Source of the DNA: a virus
Lineage: Duplodnaviria; Caudoviricetes
Length of the DNA stretch: 25,102 bases
Reading direction: 5' to 3' (one strand)
Virus record (IMG/VR): IMGVR_UViG_3300009409_000040
Location: 1 to 25,102 of that record
Shown: one piece after another, positions 18,917-25,102 of the stretch
Numbering within the stretch: the first letter of the stretch is position 1
How the letters are laid out: every line of letters starts with the position of its first letter
The notes under the pieces: model-generated
Database searches by the model: none
What the model saw: the letters and a program-made list of their open reading frames with translations, nothing else
Told to the model about the DNA's origin: nothing
Program-made: the position numbers and the translations under genes

Positions 18917-20597
18917 CTGCTAAACTATCACCTAGTTGATTCTTCATCTCATCTGGCATGATGTTAGCAACCTTACTACCTGCATCTGCCATCTGACTCA
19001 TCTGTTCCATCTGCTGCTGTCGTGCTGCTGCTTCAGCATCTGCTTGCCTCTTCTTAGCAACCTCCACATCACCTACAACTAGCTTAGGTGGTGCCATGAT
19101 AGCAGTACTAAACTCATCAATAGCTTGATCCATATCCAACTTATCCAAGACAGCTGGGTTCATCTGAGCCATACCACCTACGAAGTTGGTAAGACGTTCA
19201 ATGCCACCTGTAGCGACAGCCCTCTGAGCTTGTGCTAGAGAACTGATATAGTTAATCTTCAACTCTTGCCCTTCCAGTTCAGGAGGGGGTGGAGGTAGTA
19301 TCTCAGCATTGGCAACCTGATTAAAAGTGCGATCAACCAGCTTGTCTAGAAACTCTCCATGAAACTGCTCCAAGACTGGACCCAACTCTTGTAACCTCTC
19401 TTCATTACGCTGGGAGAGTTCAAGCTGATTCTTAGGTTGAATCCCTTCCATGTTACTGATAGCCCTGAATAGATCAACATGAAACGCCTCTTCAATACGT
19501 TGTTCTACTTTCTGAATATCGAAAGACAACTCTTGAATTTGTGGATTTACTTGATATAGCGGCGCTAACGTCTCTCTATCGCTACTACCATCATGGATAG
19601 TCAACCCTCCGGGTATCGAGTAGACAGGGACGTTACGTAGAGAGGCTGGCCCCTTAAGCGGGGGATTGACCATCTTGTCAATTGCTTGTGCCTTCCTCTT
19701 CTCTTCAATCTGCAAACTTTTCACATCACCTAGAGCAATCATTCCGGGGCAGTCAGTGCCATATACATCTTCCCCAGCAGTACCCCATCTAGGTACATAC
19801 GCTGGGAACTCATCAAAGCCCGACTGTCTTAGTAGCTTCTCTCTCTTAGCAGTGTCAGGTTGAAAGTAGACAGATCTAAATGCCTTATCAACACTGAATA
19901 GTGGCTTACTCTTAGACTCTGGATTAGGCTCAATGACATGACATACAGGGTACCAAGCATCATAGTTAGACTTATCCCACTGATCCTTAACACTCTCACT
20001 TACATTCTCTAATCCAAACTTACCAACAATCTGACTGACTGTCATCTCCCACTCTCTAATGACAGTATCAACTTCATACCTATCATTCTGAGATATCATG
20101 TAACTGCCAGCTGTCTGTGTATAGAAACGAGCTACATCCTCGAAGTCATCTACATGCAGCATACAGCCAGTGCCGAATAGCATCGTCTCACCTAGCATGA
20201 CAGGCGCCATATTATATAGGTTGGATGCATTAAAGATGGCACGTATTAACAGCTCAACTTGGTTAAGCCAGACCTTGACAGGTCTAAATTCCATCATACT
20301 TGGGTCTGGGGTTCCGAGGTTGAACCACGGCCTACTCGGGCTCATGATACCACTGAACACTCCAGAAGTTGCTGTACGTAACGCTTGGCTACCTTTAGAG
20401 TTGATGATTAGGTTATGCCGCCTATCACCTTTGTTGCGATCAGAGGTGGTGTCAAACCTACCTCTACGAGGTTGTATGTTTTCACTAATCTCTTTATAGT
20501 GACTAATGAAACTCTGCCTTTCCTTCTTGGCTTCAGACAACCGTCTAGCCAAGTAGTCTTGGATAGTATTGGGGGCGGAGCTGTTTATATCTGCCAT
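18900..20597 (-). CDS. portal / head-tail connector protein
   Basis: Contains GIMSPSRPWF, SNLYN, FGTGCM, SGFDEFPAYVPRW...DVYG..CPGMIALGDVKSLQ, IDKMVNPPL and INYISSLAQAQRA. Confidence 0.93.
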   Translation of the reverse strand: MADINSSAPNTIQDYLARRLSEAKKERQSFISHYKEISENIQPRRGRFDTTSDRNKGDRRHNLIINSKGSQALRTATSGVFSGIMSPSRPWFNLGTPDPSMMEFRPVKVWLNQVELLIRAIFNASNLYNMAPVMLGETMLFGTGCMLHVDDFEDVARFYTQTAGSYMISQNDRYEVDTVIREWEMTVSQIVGKFGLENVSESVKDQWDKSNYDAWYPVCHVIEPNPESKSKPLFSVDKAFRSVYFQPDTAKREKLLRQSGFDEFPAYVPRWGTAGEDVYGTDCPGMIALGDVKSLQIEEKRKAQAIDKMVNPPLKGPASLRNVPVYSIPGGLTIHDGSSDRETLAPLYQVNPQIQELSFDIQKVEQRIEEAFHVDLFRAISNMEGIQPKNQLELSQRNEERLQELGPVLEQFHGEFLDKLVDRTFNQVANAEILPPPPPELEGQELKINYISSLAQAQRAVATGGIERLTNFVGGMAQMNPAVLDKLDMDQAIDEFSTAIMAPPKLVVGDVEVAKKRQADAEAAARQQQMEQMSQMADAGSKVANIMPDEMKNQLGDSLADATGN

Positions 20598-20819
20598 TTA
20601 CGTTCCTAGCAGTGACTTTACACTATTCTCGTTAGAACTAACCAATCCTTGCTTACTAGTTGCCGTTGTCTGCTCAGAGAGACCAGCTGCTTGCTGTCTA
20701 GCAGCTACACCGCTTCTAGCCCTTTTAACTTGAGGGGAGAGGTTGGAAGGTTGTATCTGAACAGGGGGTGGCGGGGGAGGTACGGTTGGAGCCGGAGCTG
20801 GGGCTGATGATAAGCACAT
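20598..20819 (-). CDS. small Pro-rich virion protein (T7 gp6.7/7.3-like position)
   Basis: MCLSSAPAPAPTVPPPPPP...TTATSKQGL...KSLLG, located between TerL and portal. Confidence 0.7.
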   Translation of the reverse strand: MCLSSAPAPAPTVPPPPPPVQIQPSNLSPQVKRARSGVAARQQAAGLSEQTTATSKQGLVSSNENSVKSLLGT

Positions 20820-20833
20820 GTTGTTCTTTCTTC

Positions 20834-22390
20834 CTAGAAATTAGGCTGTAGAGGATCGTAATCACTCTGTGCCTGTTTATGTCCATATGCTGTCCCAGCT
20901 TCCATATCATCTGAAACATCTGCATAGTATGTGAGTGCCAGAGCATCTGCTATGTTGGGAGATTGGACCCCTCTCTCCTTCATGTCCCTCTTGCTTTCAA
21001 GATTGACCTGACCTTGTATCGTGTATCCATATTCTCTTTGAGTAAGTTCTACAAACAACTCTTTACCAATGGCTGAACTTCTCTTGGGTAGACGTAGACC
21101 ACCTATTACAGCCTCTTTCATCCTCCCCCACATCTCATCAGTTCTAAACCTGTATCCAGCTCTGTCTATAGGACGATGCTGGGCGTGAACTTCAGTGGGA
21201 GCGTAACCAAGATGATGTAGCTGATCAAATACACCGCCACCAACACCTCCACAATCGACAAAGATTGCACGTACAATCTTACCCAACTCTTTAAACTTCT
21301 TAACCTCATCAATGACTGCACCTGCTACTTGAACTGTATCTGCCCCCTTAAGGATGACAGGCTTCCAACTGCTAGCATCCCTTCCCATTCTAGGGTAGAT
21401 CACGGAGTCATCATCTCCAAACCTAGCAACATCAACCCCCAGTACAAGTGATGAACTCCTATCATCATAAGCTTCACGTTCCATAGACTCAAGTACATTA
21501 TCAGTCGGAATGAACTGAAAGATACCAACTGAAGGAAACACCCCTTTAATTCTAACTTTAACAAAATCACTCTCCTCCCCGTAATCTTCTACCCACTGGG
21601 AGAGTCGGGCTTTGTTAGTGATATCTACATCTCTTGAATCAATTGAATGAACAATGTACCTATGTCTAAACTGCCCCATGCAGTTCTCGAAGAAGCGTCC
21701 AGTGTTTCTAGTAGGGTTACCGAAGTCAAATGTCATCGGTTCCCCATCAGTTGTACCCCCCTCCCTAACATCAAAGATCTTATCAGGGATGGCTGACGCT
21801 TCATCGAATATGTAAAAAGAAGTGGAAGATGCCGCATGTTGCCCAGCGAAGGACTCACTGTTCTCCTCTCTACTGGTTTGTGCTGAACACTTCCACTCTA
21901 CTTTATTATCAACTTGGTGAATGGACATATTACCACGCCCAGAGTTGTAAGTGAACCAGTGGCTATTAACACTCATCTTATGCCACTTACCTAGTTCAGC
22001 CCAAGTCTTTGTTCTTAATTGCTCTGCTGTATTAGCTGTAACTGTACCTTGGCAATTAGGTCTTGTACTCATAATCCAGAGTACTAGCCAAGCTGTCAAT
22101 GTGCTCTTACCTATACCATGCCCTGAAGCGGTAGAGAACTGGATTGGGTCCACGGCATCTCTACCATTAAACCCTCTTAACTTTACTTGTTCACCCAGTC
22201 CTTCTAACCACCTACAGGCCCATCCATCTGGTCCGTATTTACTCCCGTACTTCAATTGATAATCGACAGGAAGCTCGACCAGTTGGATAGCCGGGTTCGT
22301 AGTCCAAGGAAAGGAATACATTACGAACCCTAAAGGATCGTCATAGAAAGTAGCCATGTCATCTGCTAGCATCTCTTCAGGATTGGTCAT
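20834..22390 (-). CDS. terL: terminase large subunit
   Basis: Walker A SGHGIGKST, Walker B YIFDEAS, GNPTRNTG coupling motif, and nuclease motifs LGVDVARFGDD and SPNIADALALT. Confidence 0.95.
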   Translation of the reverse strand: MTNPEEMLADDMATFYDDPLGFVMYSFPWTTNPAIQLVELPVDYQLKYGSKYGPDGWACRWLEGLGEQVKLRGFNGRDAVDPIQFSTASGHGIGKSTLTAWLVLWIMSTRPNCQGTVTANTAEQLRTKTWAELGKWHKMSVNSHWFTYNSGRGNMSIHQVDNKVEWKCSAQTSREENSESFAGQHAASSTSFYIFDEASAIPDKIFDVREGGTTDGEPMTFDFGNPTRNTGRFFENCMGQFRHRYIVHSIDSRDVDITNKARLSQWVEDYGEESDFVKVRIKGVFPSVGIFQFIPTDNVLESMEREAYDDRSSSLVLGVDVARFGDDDSVIYPRMGRDASSWKPVILKGADTVQVAGAVIDEVKKFKELGKIVRAIFVDCGGVGGGVFDQLHHLGYAPTEVHAQHRPIDRAGYRFRTDEMWGRMKEAVIGGLRLPKRSSAIGKELFVELTQREYGYTIQGQVNLESKRDMKERGVQSPNIADALALTYYADVSDDMEAGTAYGHKQAQSDYDPLQPNF

Positions 22391-22399
22391 TATTGTTTA

Positions 22400-22570
22400 T
22401 TAGTCATCTTTACTGTCTTCCCATGCTGTCTCAGCTGACTCAACCCTACCCTTGACAGCTGCCAGATACTCTAAAGCTTTAGCCTTATCACCGACAGTAG
22501 CCGCTTCAATAGTCAAACTGATAAGTTTCATAGCTTCTAACGCTGCTAGTACAATCTCAACCGTTCCCAT
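22400..22570 (-). CDS. 56-aa hypothetical protein
   Basis: My translation is MGTVEIVLAALEAMKLISLTIEAATVGDKAKALEYLAAVKGRVESAETAWEDSKDD. It fills the gap between the lipoprotein and TerL and has GGTG upstream. Confidence 0.6.
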   Translation of the reverse strand: MGTVEIVLAALEAMKLISLTIEAATVGDKAKALEYLAAVKGRVESAETAWEDSKDD

Positions 22571-22574
22571 GCTA

Positions 22575-22877
22575 TCACCCTTCAGCCTTGATTATAAGTA
22601 GTGCCTTAATACCCTCTTGGATTCTAGTGAGGGCCATAGGTGCAGCTGTTGAGTCAAGACCTGTATTCTTGCATGTAGGGCCTACTGTCGCTACAACTTT
22701 ATCAACGATCAAGATATCTTGCTGACCTAGCCAACCACGTTCATTCATACCTGCTACAACCTTGAGAGTTGATGCATACGTATCACAAGCAACCCCTACA
22801 CTCACTAGCTTATCCGTAGTTGTACAAGCTGCTAGAGTGAAGAGGAGTAGAAAGGACGCTGCTACAATTTTAATCAT
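22575..22877 (-). CDS. lipoprotein (possible spanin-type lysis component)
   Basis: Signal peptide MIKIVAASFLLLFTLAAC ending in a LAAC lipobox, plus two further Cys residues. Confidence 0.7.
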   Translation of the reverse strand: MIKIVAASFLLLFTLAACTTTDKLVSVGVACDTYASTLKVVAGMNERGWLGQQDILIVDKVVATVGPTCKNTGLDSTAAPMALTRIQEGIKALLIIKAEG

Positions 22878-23019
22878 TTGCAATCAGGTACACCATAAGG
22901 GTTGTAAGGAGGGTTCCAAGTGCTGTTATCACTGGAACATAGTCTGGAAACATAATCACCAACACACCAGTAACACCAGCTGATATAGCTGCTGCTGTAG
23001 CTTTGTTAAACTTCATCAT
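22870..23019 (-). CDS. 49-aa two-TM holin-like membrane protein
   Basis: My translation is MMKFNKATAAAISAGVTGVLVIMFPDYVPVITALGTLLTTLMVYLIAND, with two hydrophobic segments and a GGAG RBS. It overlaps the end of TerS and the start of the lipoprotein. Confidence 0.55.
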   Translation of the reverse strand: MMKFNKATAAAISAGVTGVLVIMFPDYVPVITALGTLLTTLMVYLIAND

Positions 23020-23584
23020 TAATCAACTCCACATCCTGTGTAATATCCTTTATTCTAGCTCTCTCTCTACCCTTCTGAATACGTTCTACCAGATTAACAT
23101 TCCCTTCAACTGTTATTCGATCATTGAACATACCTAGATGCCTAGCCAACGCTTCTAACGCTCTAAGCTTATCTTGCAACTGCACCCTAATACGCTTACC
23201 ACTCTTCTTACCCTTCCCTCTACCATCACTAAATTCATCTGCTGAGTAGGATGACAGTGATGCCATGAACTCAGGGGATGCTAGAGACAGGTCCACAGAA
23301 GCTGTACCATCTTCATTCTGTACCAACACTTCCCCCATGGATGCATTGATAATCTCTAAGTACTTAGTAACAATGAATTCAGCAGTGACACCTGCCTTCT
23401 TACTCATAATGTCCCTCTTGTTCTGTATGTACGCTGAGACATCAACCCTATCAAATACGCTACTTTGTGCCTTACTAGCGGTTTGATGAGAGTATTCAGC
23501 AGATATTAAAGCCTTATATTTATTATGATGGATAAGCCAATGGTCAGCAACAATCTTATGTCTAGGATTCAGAACAGTTTTCAT
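23006..23584 (-). CDS. terS: terminase small subunit
   Basis: Probable start is ATG 23584 (MKTVLNPRHK). N-terminal HTH-like region (ALISAEYS..TA...S.VF....V..YI) and C-terminal LQDKLRALEALARHLGMF, upstream of TerL. Confidence 0.85.
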   Translation of the reverse strand: MKTVLNPRHKIVADHWLIHHNKYKALISAEYSHQTASKAQSSVFDRVDVSAYIQNKRDIMSKKAGVTAEFIVTKYLEIINASMGEVLVQNEDGTASVDLSLASPEFMASLSSYSADEFSDGRGKGKKSGKRIRVQLQDKLRALEALARHLGMFNDRITVEGNVNLVERIQKGRERARIKDITQDVELINDEV

Positions 23585-23651
23585 AGCAGCAATCACACTC
23601 ACAATCAGAACATTCTACGCATTCACAATCAGAACATGGACATTCACTCAT
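23562..23651 (-). CDS. 29-aa cysteine-rich, metallothionein-like micropeptide
   Basis: My translation is MSECPCSDCECVECSDCECDCCYENCSES (10 Cys of 29). AAGGTG RBS directly upstream; overlaps the TerS start. Confidence 0.6.
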   Translation of the reverse strand: MSECPCSDCECVECSDCECDCCYENCSES

Positions 23652-23669
23652 AATACACCTTTTTTTTTG

Positions 23670-23987
23670 TCAGATTTTAAAACCCTTATACACACCATCT
23701 AGCAAGACACATGCTCTACCACTAGGATGTAGTGCTACCAGTGTCCAGCTATTCTTGCTTTCTAGCAATATAATCATTAATTCATCATTCATAAGGTAGT
23801 GCTTAGTTGCTACTTCTTTATATATCTTTTTAGCATTACCCAGTATAAGCTCATATGCATAGCATTTCTTATCTTTAGGGAGTTGCTCATGTGATGATTG
23901 TGTAGCAATTGTAGCTGAATGAACAACTTTACTAACTATGGTTATGCTTGAAAGAAATATTAATAAAGTTATTAGAATCCATTTCAT
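23670..23987 (-). CDS. hypothetical secreted/membrane-anchored protein
   Basis: Probable start is ATG 23987 (MKWILITLLIFLSSITIVSK, signal-like) with AGGA upstream. The body reads C...KKIYKE...SWTLVALHPSGRACVLLDG. Confidence 0.6.
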   Translation of the reverse strand: MKWILITLLIFLSSITIVSKVVHSATIATQSSHEQLPKDKKCYAYELILGNAKKIYKEVATKHYLMNDELMIILLESKNSWTLVALHPSGRACVLLDGVYKGFKI

Positions 23988-24144
23988 TTTCCTAAACTTC
24001 CTTTTTTTTTCTAAATTCTTTTTCATTTAGCTGGACAATTGTCTAGTATATAAAAACACACCCTATACTATGTATATCGGTTTTTTCAGGTTTTTACGAC
24101 ATTTTTTCTTCATTTATTTTCATTTATTTTTGACAATCGTTATA

Positions 24145-24157
24145 TATCAATAACTTA
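24145..24157 (+). promoter_or_regulatory. IHF-consensus binding site within an AT-rich tract
   Basis: TATCAATAACTTA is an exact WATCAANNNNTTR match, preceded by T-tracts (CATTTATTTT x2 at 24111-24130). Confidence 0.45.
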
Positions 24158-24410
24158 CATTTTATTTTTATTTTCAATTATAAACTTTTTTTTATTTTTA
24201 CTAGACATTCCTAAATAATACTTAGGGGTCTAAGCATTATTTGATTACGCTTTTCATTCGCTAGTGAAATACGTGTCAGTTTTTTGGAAATTGAAAGGTG
24301 TGGTCTGGGAGGTGCCAAGGCTCTCCTAGGGGGTGGTACGAAATCAAATGAGGGGCACCGCCCCCCGAACATCGACATCTCTCTAGTCACTCTCTCGATG
24401 CAAGCGGGTA

Positions 24411-24495
24411 CAACTGTCTAGACAACTGCCCCTCCCACTGCCCCTCCAACTGTCTAGACAACTGCCCCTCCAACTGTCTAGACAAACTGCCTCCC
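24411..24495. repeat. tandem 24-bp repeats containing the palindrome TGTCTAGACA
   Basis: CAACTGTCTAGACAACTGCCCCTC at 24411 and 24447, a variant at 24471, and a half unit CCACTGCCCCTC at 24435. Confidence 0.9.
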
Positions 24496-24613
24496 AAGAT
24501 TGTGGATGGAAGTGCGGGGAGTGTGAAGGGGTTGTGCTACCAGCAACTGTCTAAGTGCCCGCATGCGCTCACATCCACTCACAAACTTTTTTGCAAGTTT
24601 CTCAATTAATCGC

Positions 24614-24642
24614 TTGACGGTTGGCAACCGTGCACTTAAGTT
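24614..24642 (+). promoter_or_regulatory. sigma70-like rightward promoter with overlapping operator-like inverted repeat
   Basis: TTGACG-17 bp-TAAGTT with an AT-rich upstream element. ACGGTTG-G-CAACCGT (24617-24631) overlaps the -35 box and spacer. Confidence 0.65.
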
Positions 24643-24795
24643 CAATTCACCAGCCCGGAGACAACCGGGAGGCCCGGTCCACAGGACAGCAGCGCCACAC
24701 AAATCTCCGCCCCGGTTAGTAAGCCGAAAGCTGAGACGCCGGGGCGGGTCACGGAGCCTCAATGAGGTGCGATCCCGGTCCTGCCTAGCAGGGGA

Positions 24796-24847
24796 ATAGT
24801 CGCGGTTGATACTGGCCGCCTGACGAGATCAAGGGGATCGAAACTAT
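24796..24847 (+). ncRNA. type III hammerhead self-cleaving ribozyme
   Basis: ATAGTC / stem I GCGGTT-GATACT-GGCCGC / core CTGACGA / stem II GATC-AAGGG-GATC / GAAA / CTAT pairing with ATAG (stem III). Predicted cleavage is after GUC at 24801. Confidence 0.88.
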
Positions 24848-24932
24848 GACCACCGACACACTGACAGTGAAACAGGGCCGATCCTACTAAACCACGATCA
24901 ACCCAACCCAACCCAACAAGGATACCAAGAAC

Positions 24933-25102
24933 ATGACATTAAAATTCAAAATGACTCGCAACGTAGACGGCGGCACGGCAGTTGTTAAAGCCGATTATAA
25001 GATCGTTCGGTTCTATCGTAACGACAAGCCGTGCCGGACAATTAAAGCCGGATTGACGCTGAAAGAAGCGCAAGCGCATTGCAGCGACGCGGCAACGTCC
25101 AC
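24933..25102 (+). CDS. small early-type phage protein (runs off the right edge)
   Basis: My translation is MTLKFKMTRNVDGGTAVVKADYKIVRFYRNDKPCRTIKAGLTLKEAQAHCSDAATS..., open to the edge with AAGGA upstream. I recall YKIVRF...GLTL.EAQAHC from small phage proteins of unknown function. Confidence 0.65.
   Translation, partial: MTLKFKMTRNVDGGTAVVKADYKIVRFYRNDKPCRTIKAGLTLKEAQAHCSDAATS

Noticed and set aside
1458-23486. Numerous plus-strand ORFs antisense to the structural genes, and off-frame minus-strand ORFs such as 12241..12444, 17108..17497 and 20725..20946
   Set aside because: They have Ser/Leu/Ile-rich shadow composition, show no motifs, and overlap well-supported genes almost entirely.
24130-24161. 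Rightward promoter at TTGACA (24130-24135)
   Set aside because: There is no -10 hexamer at 16-18 bp spacing; the candidates fall at 15 and 20 bp.
24411-24495. CRISPR mini-array
   Set aside because: The units are directly tandem or separated only by a repeat-derived half unit. There are no unique spacers and no cas genes.
24478-24799. ORFs 24478..24762 (-) and 24563..24799 (+)
   Set aside because: These Arg/Pro/Gly-rich translations run across the promoter, repeats and structured RNA, and are better explained as non-coding sequence.
24672-24879. Second, nested hammerhead using GGCCCGGTC and GAAACAGGGCC
   Set aside because: No second CUGANGA core lies in register, so this is treated only as alternative long-range pairing.
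24899-24917. CAACC/ACCCA pentamer run as a functional repeat array
   Set aside because: Only about three copies of low complexity. It is more simply an unstructured C/A-rich spacer ahead of the ribosome-binding site.

Overview
The window is part of a tailed dsDNA phage genome with a BPP-1/epsilon15/T7-like podovirus gene order. Bases 1-24026 form one tightly packed minus-strand morphogenesis operon. Reading right to left it holds a small secreted protein, a 29-aa Cys-rich micropeptide, the small terminase, a holin-like/lipoprotein/small-ORF block, the large terminase, a gp6.7-like peptide, portal, a Bbp19-like protein, scaffold, major capsid, a Bbp16-like cement protein and further small head proteins (one with an E3-binding/PSBD-like domain). 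It continues with the tail adaptor, a nozzle carrying four E1-FCCH-like repeats, a GNAT-like gp13 protein, three ejection proteins (the largest with pesticin-type muramidase and ParB-like domains) and a compositionally mosaic tail fibre cut off at the left edge. Bases ~24030-24930 are a divergent control region with an AT-rich tract carrying an IHF-consensus site, TGTCTAGACA palindromic tandem repeats, a rightward sigma70-like promoter with an operator-like palindrome, and a GC-rich structured leader containing a complete type III hammerhead ribozyme. A small plus-strand ORF then runs off the right edge. All family assignments come from motif recognition and gene order, not database searches.
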